Origin: Candidatus Melainabacteria bacterium 17Bon1m
Lineage (GTDB): Bacteria > Cyanobacteriota > Vampirovibrionia > Obscuribacterales > Obscuribacteraceae
Direction: 5' to 3'
Assembly (NCBI GenBank): GCA_032128875.1
Contig: JAVLKG010000012.1
Location: 96,001 to 160,000, forward strand
Length of the DNA stretch: 64,000 nt
Below are positions 20,082 through 29,861 of the stretch, one piece after another. Position numbers and translations under genes: made by a program. Under the pieces are notes generated by a model that was not told the DNA's origin, ran no database searches, and saw only the letters and a program-made list of their open reading frames with translations. How positions within the stretch are numbered: the stretch's first letter is position 1; each line of letters opens with the position of its first letter.

Positions 20082-21395
20082 ATGGACAACAATCAAAAGC
20101 GAAAGCCGCACATCGTAATTGTCGGCGGCGGCTTTGGCGGGCTGTCGGCAGCGCGAGCTTTTAAGAATGCTGATGTTGCCCTCACGCTCGTGGATAAAAC
20201 CAACTACCATTTGTTTCAACCTCTCTTGTATCAGGTTGCAATGGCGGGGTTAGCGCCCGGCGATATTGCTCATCCGATTCGCTCGATTTTGCGGCATCAG
20301 AAGAATGCTGAAGTTGTTTTGGCCGAGATCACTTGTGTGGATTTGAGGAGCAATAAACTACATTCGAGTATTGGCGAAATTACTTATGACTATTTGATTT
20401 TGGCTGCCGGTGCGCAAACCAACTATTTCGGACATAACGATTGGCCAGAACACGCAGTCGGGTTGAAGGATATAGATGATGCGTTGGAGATTCGCAGGCG
20501 CGTTCTGGTGGCTTTTGAACAAGCGGAGCATGAGAAAGATCCGGCCAAGCAAAAACAACTATTGACCTTTGTTGTCATCGGCGGAGGTCCTACTGGGGTG
20601 GAGCTAGCGGGCTCTCTCTCCGAGCTGTCACGACATTCACTGGCACTCGATTTCCGCCATATCAACCCTTCTTCGGCACGCGTGATTTTGCTCGAAGGAT
20701 TGCCGCGAGTGCTGCCGCCTTTCGTGGAAGAGCTTTCTGCCAAGGCTCAAGAGCAGTTAAAAAATATCGGTGTTGAAGTCCGTACCGGCGTGAAGGTGAC
20801 GGGCATCGATGAGTTCGGTGTTCATGTGGAAGGTGGTGAAGTTATTGCCAGTTCTACTGTTATGTGGTGCGCAGGGGTTGCCGCGGTTCCCCTGACAAAA
20901 ACTATGGATGTAAACCTTGATCGCGGCGGTCGCATTGTTGTTGAGCCGGACCTTTCTATTCCTGGATTTAAAAACGCTTTTGCAGTCGGCGATTTGGCGA
21001 ATTTTGCACATCAAGGAGAGAAACCTCTTCCTGGGCTCGCGCCGGTTGCGATGCAAATGGGCGAGGCAGCAGCAAGAAACGTTTTGGATGACCTGGCAAA
21101 ACGCCCACGCCAAAAGTTTCACTACACAGATAAGGGCACAATGGCAACGATTGGCAGATCCGCTGCCGTTGCCGATTTAGGCAAGCTCAAAATGTCCGGA
21201 TTGACTGCCTGGCTTGCTTGGTTGCTAATTCATATTTTGATGCTGATTGGCTTCCGCAACCGCCTTATGGTGTTTATGAACTGGGTTTGGTCGTTCTTTA
21301 CCTATGACCGCGGTTCTCGCCTGATCACTGGTCACCGCATGGAGGCAGGCTGTCCGGTGGACGAATCTGAAGAATTGGAAACAGCTTCAAAATAA
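20082..21395 (+). CDS. ndh: Type II NADH dehydrogenase
   Basis: VGGGFGG, FQPLLYQVA, IGGGPTGVELAG, AVGD, KGTMATIGR. Confidence 0.93.
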   Translation: MDNNQKRKPHIVIVGGGFGGLSAARAFKNADVALTLVDKTNYHLFQPLLYQVAMAGLAPGDIAHPIRSILRHQKNAEVVLAEITCVDLRSNKLHSSIGEITYDYLILAAGAQTNYFGHNDWPEHAVGLKDIDDALEIRRRVLVAFEQAEHEKDPAKQKQLLTFVVIGGGPTGVELAGSLSELSRHSLALDFRHINPSSARVILLEGLPRVLPPFVEELSAKAQEQLKNIGVEVRTGVKVTGIDEFGVHVEGGEVIASSTVMWCAGVAAVPLTKTMDVNLDRGGRIVVEPDLSIPGFKNAFAVGDLANFAHQGEKPLPGLAPVAMQMGEAAARNVLDDLAKRPRQKFHYTDKGTMATIGRSAAVADLGKLKMSGLTAWLAWLLIHILMLIGFRNRLMVFMNWVWSFFTYDRGSRLITGHRMEAGCPVDESEELETASK

Positions 21396-21398
21396 AAA

Positions 21399-21424
21399 CC
21401 GGCTGGATTTTCATCCAACCGGTG
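21399..21424. terminator. Probable bidirectional terminator hairpin
   Basis: ACCGGCTGGAT...ATCCAACCGGT inverted repeat just after the ndh stop, between convergent genes. Confidence 0.55.
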
Positions 21425-21503
21425 GGAACGGTGTCGTTCGTTCCTTTGTGAAGCTAGACCAAACAGAGTCGAGACGGTTCCTTCACTTATGTAAAATCCG
21501 GCT

Positions 21504-21866
21504 TCAATGCGATGTTCTAAAGTCCATTGACGGCTTTGCTACGTGCATTTCAGTTAGTACCTGCTGCAGTAGGTCAGCGGTTTGCTGCGTTTGCGCTGCG
21601 TCGTGTTGTACGCATGCAAGTCTTAAATCCAGTGCAAGTTGCAGGTATTGCTGCGCTTCTTGCTTTGAATCCATACATACGCAAATCCAGCCGAGTTCGT
21701 GAAAGTCGGCAGCCAGAGCTTCTTTAGTAACAGCGACGTCACTTTCCTCGATTTCAATAACCATCTTCAGCAGCTGCCGCGCTGTCGAATAGTCACCCTG
21801 CTGCGCGCAGGTTTCGCTGAGGTGGCGGAGCCTTTCGGCTTCCCGGCGCAGAATGTCGTTTGGCAT
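21504..21866 (-). CDS. Small TPR-like protein
   Basis: GGAGGA SD; QGDYSTA..L and LAADFHELG..EA..YLQLAL helical repeats. Confidence 0.7.
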   Translation of the reverse strand: MPNDILRREAERLRHLSETCAQQGDYSTARQLLKMVIEIEESDVAVTKEALAADFHELGWICVCMDSKQEAQQYLQLALDLRLACVQHDAAQTQQTADLLQQVLTEMHVAKPSMDFRTSH

Positions 21867-22149
21867 GTGTCCTCCGCACGGACGTATCCATCCATTTGGG
21901 ATGGAGCTTTGGTGTAAGTTGCCCACTTACGAGTCCGCGTGCGAGGTCCGCGAGCAGCCTGGTTTGGCTAATTACAGTCTAAAGATTAAAAGTCCATATT
22001 TCGTCTAGGCTGGCTATACAAATCGTACGGGTTTGCCTATGTCTGAACTCCTATATGGAACGAAATTGGGTCTTCTTGGTCTTTCAAGTAGACGCGGACG
22101 CTTGCAGCTCCTCGGCGGTTTTTGAAAGCAGGACCGGAGGCCCAGAAAG

Positions 22150-22674
22150 ATGAACACGATACAGACGCGACCAAGGATGAAATTCCACTCTCGCGGCACA
22201 AAACGTAGGCTCTCGCTCTATTTCATGTGCTTTGTTTTGATCATGGGATGGACTGTGCTGCCACTTGTGCTGGCGCTCACATACTCTTCCATTCAACATG
22301 ACCTGGCTAGCGGTTTTGCAGCCGTCTTAATCGCTTTCACCATCACCATATTTTTGCTCGTTTCTACCCGGCAGTTTCTAAAAACAAGCACTGCCGATGG
22401 ATTCGAATTGCTCATTGAATCCGACATAATTTTCTTGCATGGCGTGGACAAGAAGCAGAACAAACGATTGTGGCGAGAGGTTCCGCTTTCGAGCGTTGAA
22501 GAAGCCGACTATTACCCCACGTCTGATGGTTCAACCATAGTCTTGCATTCCAAAGGCCGCCCGGATCTCGAATTGCCTCTTTGGGCTTTTGGTCGAGATG
22601 CAGAAGCGAAAATTGTCGAATACATCAGAAGCCGAACACGTGTGATAGACATTCCGTCTGCAATTGTGATTTAG
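22150..22674 (+). CDS. Hypothetical two-TM protein with PH-like C-terminus
   Basis: GGAGG SD; two hydrophobic helices followed by a beta-rich domain. Confidence 0.65.
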   Translation: MNTIQTRPRMKFHSRGTKRRLSLYFMCFVLIMGWTVLPLVLALTYSSIQHDLASGFAAVLIAFTITIFLLVSTRQFLKTSTADGFELLIESDIIFLHGVDKKQNKRLWREVPLSSVEEADYYPTSDGSTIVLHSKGRPDLELPLWAFGRDAEAKIVEYIRSRTRVIDIPSAIVI

Positions 22675-22707
22675 AAGAACAAATTTAGTCTAGGAGAAAG
22701 TCGAGGA

Positions 22708-23217
22708 ATGAGAACCGAAAAACTGGGCTTAAAAGGCATTATGCGAAACATTCTGGAAGAGTCACGCATGATCTTGCCGGGCATACAAGCATTGTTCGGA
22801 TTTCAATTAATTGCAGTATTTAATGCGAACTTCGACACCCTCGACTCTCTCGACAAAGATGTTCATTTGATCGCTATTTTGCTCAGCATTCTTGCAATTG
22901 GCTGTCTAATGGCGCCGGCTTCCTATCACCGTCAGGTCGAGCGCGATTCTGTCTCAGATCATTTGGTCAAATTTAGCAGCAAATTATTGTGCATAGGGCT
23001 GATACCATTGGTAATGTCACTATCACTCGATGCTTACGTGGTCTGTAAAGCCATTACGGACAGCACTGATCACGGTGTTGTCGCTGGGCTTTTCTCTTTC
23101 ACATTCCTGGGCTTGCTTTGGTATGCTGTTCCACAAATGGAGCGTAGAAAGCGCAAAGCACGTGAGGAAGAAAACCGCGAGGTGCTGGCGGACATATTCG
23201 AGGTGCAGTCGCATTGA
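22708..23217 (+). CDS. DUF6328-like membrane protein
   Basis: LEESRMILPGIQALFGFQL and MAPASYHR motifs; 4 TM. Confidence 0.8.
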   Translation: MRTEKLGLKGIMRNILEESRMILPGIQALFGFQLIAVFNANFDTLDSLDKDVHLIAILLSILAIGCLMAPASYHRQVERDSVSDHLVKFSSKLLCIGLIPLVMSLSLDAYVVCKAITDSTDHGVVAGLFSFTFLGLLWYAVPQMERRKRKAREEENREVLADIFEVQSH

Positions 23218-23237
23218 AACGTTCGCATCCACTGAGA

Positions 23238-23891
23238 CTACGCCGCGGCCCAGTTGCGAGCGGCATCATCCAGCAGGAATTGAACTTCCTGATCGGTCGT
23301 TTGCGTGAAGTCTGCGTACCATGATCCTACTGACCAAAATGGGTCCGGCGTTTGAAGACAGGCGGTTTCATCGACGCGTTTTGCGATTTCACGAAGTGTT
23401 TCGGGAGAGGCAACAGGTACTGCAACTATCAAATTTTTGGGGCGCTGATTTTTGATTGCCATCACGGCCGCGGTCATTGATGCGCCTGTTGCAAGACCAT
23501 CGTCGACAAGGATAATCGTTTTATTTTCAATGCGTAAAAACTCACGCCCGCGCCGGAAAAGAGCCTCACGGCGTTCGAGCTCAACAGCTTCGTATTTAGT
23601 GACTTTATCAATGAAGTTTCTCGGAATGTCGAGTTCTTTGATTAATGGCTCATTCAGTATTCTTGTACCGCCAGAGGCAATTGCGCCGATAGCCAACTCA
23701 GGATTTCCTGGTGCACCGATTTTGCGAACAATGAAGCAGTCTAGGTAGGCGTTTAGTGAGCGCGCAATTTCATAACCCACAGGAACGCCGCCACGCGGCA
23801 ACGCCAGTACTAGAATGTGCTTTTTGCCACGATAGCCTGCCAACTTCATAGCAAGCCGTCTGCCGGCGTCACGTCTATCTCTGAAAAACAT
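23238..23891 (-). CDS. Phosphoribosyltransferase family protein
   Basis: FRDRRDAGRRLA, LPRGGVPV, VDDGLATG, VGSWYADFTQTTD. Confidence 0.9.
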   Translation of the reverse strand: MFFRDRRDAGRRLAMKLAGYRGKKHILVLALPRGGVPVGYEIARSLNAYLDCFIVRKIGAPGNPELAIGAIASGGTRILNEPLIKELDIPRNFIDKVTKYEAVELERREALFRRGREFLRIENKTIILVDDGLATGASMTAAVMAIKNQRPKNLIVAVPVASPETLREIAKRVDETACLQTPDPFWSVGSWYADFTQTTDQEVQFLLDDAARNWAAA

Positions 23892-24209
23892 ACGTTCTTC
23901 CAATTTTGATTCCAATCTAGGGTTGCGTGGTGGATAAGGCAATAGGTCAACAGAATTAGGGCTGACTGCCGATTACTGGCTGACGGGCAAGGTTTTAGCA
24001 GGTTCCAAACAGACTCTGCAATTAACAGAAATGTAACGCAATCGTTGTTTTCGTTCGCACGGTCTTCGTTGTATCGACACTTTCTACAGATACCTGCTCG
24101 ATGGCAAAATTAGGCCTTCTGTAAAACCATTGTTCAAAAGTCCAGTCAGTTGGAACTTTCCGGGGCTTGCGCAGTCCCCCTATCGTATCGGTTTTGCAGA
24201 GAACGAGAA

Positions 24210-24968
24210 ATGGAAAGAAACACATGCACACAAGAGATTCGTGTTCGAAGTAACGCGGTAACTATAACGGGCGACCTCACTATCCCAGAGCGAGCTTCAG
24301 TAGTTATTCTCTTTGCGCACGGGAGCGGCAGTAGCCGTCACAGTTCTCGCAACAAATACATTGCCGCTCAGCTTAACAGAAGTGGTTTTGCCACGCTGTT
24401 GATGGACCTCCTCACAATGCAGGAAGAACGCGAGGAGCATTTTACCCATCACTTTCGATTTGATATCGATTTACTTTTTGAAAGACTTTGCTCTGCGGTA
24501 GATTGGCTTTCTACCGATAATTCCACCAAAAATTTAGCTATTGGCTTATTTGGTGCAAGTACTGGAAGTGCTGCTGCGATTTCCTGCGCCGCGAAGCGGC
24601 CTGAGAGAATTACCTCGATAGTATCCCGGGGTGGCCGACCGGATTTGGTTCCGGAAGCATTGCCGAAGGTCTTGTGCCCCACACTATTTATTGTTGGCGG
24701 ATTCGATCCGCAAGTGCTTGTTTACAATGAAAAGGCCTTGCAGGCTATGCATTGTCATCGTGAGATTGAGATTATTCCAGGAGCGCACCATCTTTTTGAA
24801 GAAGTCGGAAAGCTGGATGTTGTCGCGAATATGGCAACCTGGTGGTTTGCTCGACATTCCATGATGCAGTTCTCTCCGAGCGCAGCACAAAATGCGCGTA
24901 CAGGTAAACTTGATCCCTCAATGCTCGAAAACAGATCAAGTCTTGAGAGTACTGGACAGCATAAGTAG
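24210..24968 (+). CDS. Dienelactone hydrolase-like alpha/beta hydrolase
   Basis: FAHGSGSSRHS, FGASTG, SRGGRPDL, GAHHLFEE. Confidence 0.88.
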   Translation: MERNTCTQEIRVRSNAVTITGDLTIPERASVVILFAHGSGSSRHSSRNKYIAAQLNRSGFATLLMDLLTMQEEREEHFTHHFRFDIDLLFERLCSAVDWLSTDNSTKNLAIGLFGASTGSAAAISCAAKRPERITSIVSRGGRPDLVPEALPKVLCPTLFIVGGFDPQVLVYNEKALQAMHCHREIEIIPGAHHLFEEVGKLDVVANMATWWFARHSMMQFSPSAAQNARTGKLDPSMLENRSSLESTGQHK

Positions 24969-25188
24969 GCTGATATTCGAATTGACCGAAAGCAGGTTGT
25001 AGGGCGTCTTTTAGGCGCTCTTTTCGTTTGTTGATACTCAAAAAAGAACCGACTGGCATGGTATCCAGTCGGCACAGAACGCTTTTGGTGCGTTACTTTT
25101 GCTAGTAAGACCCTTTGATTACTCAAAGGTTCCAAGCAAGCACAAAAATCGGCAAACTTGAAGCACCTGTTGAAAGCCTGTGCTCACC

Positions 25189-26289
25189 CTATTCCTCAGG
25201 CGACTCTTCCATCGGTTCGTCAAGGATGTTATTGCAGAGGTCGACACACTCGTCGCAGATTGTTACTGATGGTCCACTGATGAGTTTCTTCACCGCACTT
25301 TGAGATTGCCCGCAAAAGCTGCATCCCAACTCGCCGGCTTCTTTGGGTTTCTCCACATGGTTTTCCAGAAGAGGCAACGTCAATGGCGTAATCTTGCCGT
25401 CCGGATCTAGTTTGAGTAAATCTCCTGCACGCAGTTCAATCTCTGTATCCATCAGTTTTGTCTTGCCGATGGTTGTTTTCCATCTGTCGTCACTGCTCAT
25501 CTCTGCTGTGCTAAAGACAAAAAGCTCTAGCGGCTCATTTGTTTCTTTAAGAACTTCACGAATGTACTCGTTCAAATTGTCCAATGCCTTTGCATTGGCA
25601 TTGAATTTGTCGGCACCACTCTCGGTGCCGCGTGCTCCTTCCCAACCATTTTCACAGAAGATTTGAAATTTATTGGAGCGCCCCTCTGCGAGGAAGACGC
25701 GAGTGGCATACTCGTTATCATCTGTACCGGCAATCGTAAGAGAATGTTTTTGACCGGTGAGTTTTAAGTCTTCCAGCTCTGCGTTTGTCGTGATGTAAAT
25801 CTCAATACTGAGCTCATCCTCTTCGAAGTCTTTGTATGAGTTAGAGAGCCATGAAGCAAGGTCGTTGCCGACCAGTTTTAGCTCTTGATCGTCATCTCCT
25901 TCATGATCGAATTCGAGGACAGGGCACTCGCCTTCTTGCATTTTACTGAGGTCAAAACAATAGACATCGCCGCCATAGCTGCTGCCAAATGGGAAGAGAC
26001 CGCGCACACCTAAGATCGGGTGATATGTAAAAAAGTTTTCCAACTGCTGCACCAGGTCGTGCCAACCAGCACCTTTCTCCGTGATGCAGTGCATCCGCCC
26101 AAAGTTGAACTGACCACCGTCAAAAACGCGCAGAAAAGCCTTATAGCTGTCGGGCAAAGTGACCATAAGGCTTTGCTCCAGCTGCTCGATATCCTGCTCG
26201 GGAGTGCCGGGACCAATCAAATTGGACCTGTCGGCTTTGACGCGCTGTAAAAGTTCGTCAATCGCTGCAGGTTGAGCCTTCTTAGCCAT
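25189..26289 (-). CDS. SMI1/KNR4 (SUKH) domain protein with C-terminal ClpX-type C4 zinc finger
   Basis: N-terminal [23 protein letters not shown]...FG...GDVYCFD..GECPV; C-terminal [40 protein letters not shown]. Confidence 0.85.
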   Translation of the reverse strand: MAKKAQPAAIDELLQRVKADRSNLIGPGTPEQDIEQLEQSLMVTLPDSYKAFLRVFDGGQFNFGRMHCITEKGAGWHDLVQQLENFFTYHPILGVRGLFPFGSSYGGDVYCFDLSKMQEGECPVLEFDHEGDDDQELKLVGNDLASWLSNSYKDFEEDELSIEIYITTNAELEDLKLTGQKHSLTIAGTDDNEYATRVFLAEGRSNKFQIFCENGWEGARGTESGADKFNANAKALDNLNEYIREVLKETNEPLELFVFSTAEMSSDDRWKTTIGKTKLMDTEIELRAGDLLKLDPDGKITPLTLPLLENHVEKPKEAGELGCSFCGQSQSAVKKLISGPSVTICDECVDLCNNILDEPMEESPEE

Positions 26290-26363
26290 TTTAATCTCCT
26301 ACCTTGGCAAGCGCCTTTATAAGGGCTTAGACAATGTACCCGGTAGATCCACAAAATGCGATG

Positions 26364-26804
26364 TTACGCCTTGAACTTGTTACGCACAGCCTGGCGGCAG
26401 AAGTCATCCAGAACCTTGTAGGTGTCGCGAAAAGCGGCTTCATTGCTGTGGTAAGGATCTTGAACTTCAAATGCACCACCGAGTAAACGAATCTTGTGTT
26501 TGTGTTGGGCCGGGGCGAGCTTGCGCAGAGCCGACTCATTCATGCTGTCCATCGCGAAGATTACGTCAAATCGCTCAAAGTCTTCGAGAGTGATTTGACG
26601 TGCGCGATGTTTTGACAAGTCGATGCCATTCGAGCGAGCTACCGATATTGAGCGAGGATCTGCACAGTTTCCCACATTCCAGTCCATGGTTCCGCAAGAA
26701 TCGATTTTGCCCGTAATTTTTTCATCCTCGTAAATTTTCAGCATAATGCCTGCCGCCATCGGCGACCTGCAAATATTTCCAAGGCAGACAAAGAGTACGT
26801 TCAT
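26364..26804 (-). CDS. Low-molecular-weight protein-tyrosine phosphatase
   Basis: VCLGNICRSPMA P-loop and DPY general acid. Confidence 0.95.
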   Translation of the reverse strand: MNVLFVCLGNICRSPMAAGIMLKIYEDEKITGKIDSCGTMDWNVGNCADPRSISVARSNGIDLSKHRARQITLEDFERFDVIFAMDSMNESALRKLAPAQHKHKIRLLGGAFEVQDPYHSNEAAFRDTYKVLDDFCRQAVRNKFKA

Positions 26805-26805
26805 G

Positions 26806-27693
26806 TTAGTAAGTTGCCTTTGTTTGTTCTAGTGTTTCGGCTGGTGGCACATTGGTAATGTCGATGGGAAACTGCCTGAGCGCGGTGGAGATTCTTTTGT
26901 AGAGCTGAGGGAGCCATGGTGGTTGTTTTTTATAATCAATTTTTGGTTGTTGGGAAAGAAGATTGCAAGGCGCAAAAATCAGCTTGATGTTCTTCAAACC
27001 GCAATCATAAGCAAGCACAAATAGTTCTTCCATAGGAACGTTGCCCATTGCCAGACAACCGCTTGACCAGCGGCTTCCGTGGATAAGAATATCGCGGCCC
27101 AAGTTCTTGCGCTTTTCGACAACCGCATGCGCGCGGTCTTCTTCGTTTGGATAATTCACATCGAGTGCCATGTGGGCAATCACATTCGGGTGAAAACCCG
27201 TCACACGATAGAAGCCTTCAGGCACTTGCATATCGCCTTCTTTCAGCTTTGGACCAGCTCCGCCGCTTTGCCCAATTATGTAGTAGCTGAGAACTTGCTT
27301 TGTTTTGCCGTGTTCGTCCTTTGCAAAAAGCAAAAGAACTTTCTCTTGTTTTAACGCAACCCACGTCATATCCTTTGGAGGATATGCAACTGATTGCGTG
27401 CTGAAAATCGGCTTTAATTTATTGCGCACAGACGCGCCGTAGAGAGTGATGATTTCGTCGACTGATTTGAAGACTCGGCGTTGACGCGGTTTTACCGTCG
27501 GGCTTGCGTGCTTTGTGCCTGTAGAAGCGGTTGAACTTGCGTGGTTAATGCTTGCCTGGTTGTCGCTGTCACGTTTGGCGCTAGCGAGGTTTTCACAGAG
27601 CGAAAGAGACAATATCAAAGCTGCAGTTAAGCCACTACAAAATTTGTGGCGCGTCGATCGACTGCTAACATCTCGCTCTTTTGCAATAACCAA
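26806..27693 (-). CDS. L,D-transpeptidase (YkuD/DpaA-like) family protein
   Basis: GPKLKEGDMQVPEGFY, NYPN..D, LIHGSRWSSGCLAM. Confidence 0.85.
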   Translation of the reverse strand: MVIAKERDVSSRSTRHKFCSGLTAALILSLSLCENLASAKRDSDNQASINHASSTASTGTKHASPTVKPRQRRVFKSVDEIITLYGASVRNKLKPIFSTQSVAYPPKDMTWVALKQEKVLLLFAKDEHGKTKQVLSYYIIGQSGGAGPKLKEGDMQVPEGFYRVTGFHPNVIAHMALDVNYPNEEDRAHAVVEKRKNLGRDILIHGSRWSSGCLAMGNVPMEELFVLAYDCGLKNIKLIFAPCNLLSQQPKIDYKKQPPWLPQLYKRISTALRQFPIDITNVPPAETLEQTKATY

Positions 27694-27860
27694 AACAAAA
27701 CCAGCTTAGAATTTCAGATATTCTAGCGATCTTTTTCACGCTCCGCATCCCCGCGCGTTTTACTTGGTCAGTAAATATTGTCGCCGAAATACAGGTGCTG
27801 CTTTGCATCTAGGGCTTGATTTCAGCCGTGCGTTACCATATCGTGACGGCAGAGGACGGG

Positions 27861-28616
27861 ATGTTGAGAATTTCAAAAAGATGTGTTGTTGGCGCGTTAT
27901 CCTTCTTGGTTGTTGCTGGTTTTTCTAAGAATCTACCAGCTTTCTGTGCCGCGCCAGTCAGTGATGCTGCAAAACAAAGCATGAATTTCAATCCTCAAGG
28001 TCCGCTTGTCGAGCCAATGCAGGACGGTACTGCTTTTATCGAAACAATGGCGCAGAAAGTCGAGAAGCTCAACGACTATTCTTTGTTGTTCGAAACAAGG
28101 AGTTTCAAAAAGGGTTCTACAGTCGTTGATGCAGGCAAGCTTTATTTCAAAAAGCCGAAGATGATGCGCGTTGAGGAAACGGGCGAGTTCAATAAAGGTT
28201 CTGTGGCTGTGATTCAAAAGGACGGAAAAGCGCGTGCGAAAGGCGGCGGAATCGCCGGTTTGGTTGTGCTCACGCTAAGCCCCAGTGACAAAACTCTTGA
28301 CGCTGCGAACGGCGACAAAATGGAAGACTCCGATTTTGCCTCGCTTGTGCGTGTTTTGAAAGAGCGACTTCGTTCTGGTCAAGTCGCGCGTGTTTCTGAA
28401 AAGCCTGTGGCTACTAGTGGAGTCGCAGAACCTGCGTATGTTTTGGAGCTCTACAAGGCCAATGAACCAAAGGTCTGTACGAAGCGAATTTGGGTTCATG
28501 CCACCTCGTACTTGCCTGTGCGCTGGGACGATTATGACTATAAAACCCCTTGCTTGAGCACGTGGAAGGATGTGAAAGCCAATGCGGGCTTAAGCGATGA
28601 GTTATTCAAGTTGTAG
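27861..28616 (+). CDS. LolA-like outer-membrane lipoprotein carrier fold protein
   Basis: Signal peptide; GKLYFKKPKMMRVE; RIWVHATSYLP; GLSDELFKL C-terminus. Confidence 0.7.
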   Translation: MLRISKRCVVGALSFLVVAGFSKNLPAFCAAPVSDAAKQSMNFNPQGPLVEPMQDGTAFIETMAQKVEKLNDYSLLFETRSFKKGSTVVDAGKLYFKKPKMMRVEETGEFNKGSVAVIQKDGKARAKGGGIAGLVVLTLSPSDKTLDAANGDKMEDSDFASLVRVLKERLRSGQVARVSEKPVATSGVAEPAYVLELYKANEPKVCTKRIWVHATSYLPVRWDDYDYKTPCLSTWKDVKANAGLSDELFKL

Positions 28617-28667
28617 AAATATTGAAGGCGCTCGGCCGTTAAGAGCGTGCGGGCTGTAAAACGCCAT

Positions 28668-28720
28668 AAAAAGGAAAGCCCCGGTAGCTCGTGTAATGGA
28701 GAGCTCACCGGGATGCTTTC
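28668..28720 (-). terminator. Long GC-rich hairpin with U-tract (minus strand)
   Basis: Minus strand GAAAGCATCCCGGTGAGCTC...GAGCTACCGGGGCTTTC followed by CTTTTT. Confidence 0.6.
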
Positions 28721-28785
28721 ACTTACTTGTATTCCCGACCTATTTACGGTCAAACATTAAACCTGGCAAAAAATAGATTAAATGC

Positions 28786-28810
28786 AAAAAGCCCAACTGA
28801 TTGGGCTTCT
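28786..28810 (-). terminator. Intrinsic terminator
   Basis: Minus strand AAGCCCAA-TCAG-TTGGGCTT followed by TTT. Confidence 0.7.
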
Positions 28811-28849
28811 GTATAGACTAGAACCAGCGGATGGAACCGATAGGCGTTG

Positions 28850-28951
28850 TTAGCCAACGGCTGCTCCGCCGCCGTAAAAACTTACCACCACGCATGCAAT
28901 CGCAGCTTGCAAAACGCAAAACCAGCACAGTCTGTAGACGTTGATTTTCAC
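28850..28951 (-). CDS. Candidate 33-aa hydrophobic small protein
   Basis: GGAGAG SD 6 nt before GTG; MKINVYRLCWFCVLQAAIACVVVSFYGGGAAVG*; terminator 40 nt downstream. Confidence 0.45.
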   Translation of the reverse strand: MKINVYRLCWFCVLQAAIACVVVSFYGGGAAVG

Positions 28952-29041
28952 TGAAAACTCTCCATGACACTGGGTTACTTAGCGAGTGGGATCGCCCCCT
29001 TCTCTATATCTTATCCGGTGAAAATATTTCTCGCCATACTA

Positions 29042-29419
29042 TCAATTGTCGGATGTTACTTCCTTGGTCCAATGGTCGAACACGTCCTGGAAATCACCTT
29101 TCAGAAAGGGTTTCGTTAGATATCCATTCATTCCGGCATTCATGCAATTTTTCCAGTCATCTTCGTCCGAGCTGGCTGTTACTGCAATTATGGGCGCTTT
29201 GAAGCCCGCCGAACGCAATTTCGTGGTTGCCTGAAAACCGTCAGTTACTGGCATTCGAAGGTCCATGAAAATGATTTTGTAGTTACCTTTCTCGACAGCT
29301 TTCACGGCGTCTTCGCCGTTGGAGACGACATCGCATTCCTCGCCCAGGTCTCTGAGCATCCATCGCAAGACCTGCTGGTTGACCTCGCTATCGTCTACGA
29401 CAAGCACTTTCTTGGTCAT
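29042..29419 (-). CDS. Single-domain response regulator
   Basis: VVDDS, FMDLRMP, VTA, LTKPF. Confidence 0.93.
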   Translation of the reverse strand: MTKKVLVVDDSEVNQQVLRWMLRDLGEECDVVSNGEDAVKAVEKGNYKIIFMDLRMPVTDGFQATTKLRSAGFKAPIIAVTASSDEDDWKNCMNAGMNGYLTKPFLKGDFQDVFDHWTKEVTSDN

Positions 29420-29861
29420 CGCCTACACGCTCCTGTGTCGCAAATACGTTACAGTTTCAAACTAGGTATGCCCACATTCCCATTGTCTTACATTTAACGT
29501 CTTATGGACACCAGTAAGTATCTATCGTTATAAATTCAATGTCATCACCCTAATGTGTCAGTCGCTTCAAGATTGTGTGCGACAAACACGCAGGTCTATT
29601 TCAGGGTTTTCCCCATCGAATCGAAAGCGAGCCTGCCGTAAATTGTTAATGTCCAAAGGCGCCCTTCAGGCGTTTTTCAACCTTACTAAGTACACCAGAG
29701 TCGAAAAAGCGTAATAGCGAAATAATCGCTGTGAGCGCCGGCCGCAGGCCGGTTTTGAAATGCCGATCGAGCTGCTTTCGGCTTCGTTCAACAGGCGAAG
29801 TTTTCTCAGTGGCGCGTTCACACTTGCTCGATTCTACTTGCCCTTTACGGAGGATTTAGTC

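Noticed and set aside
25189..25340. clpX gene or pseudogene
   Set aside because: Only the zinc-finger domain is present, in frame with an unrelated protein, and no AAA+ remnants follow.
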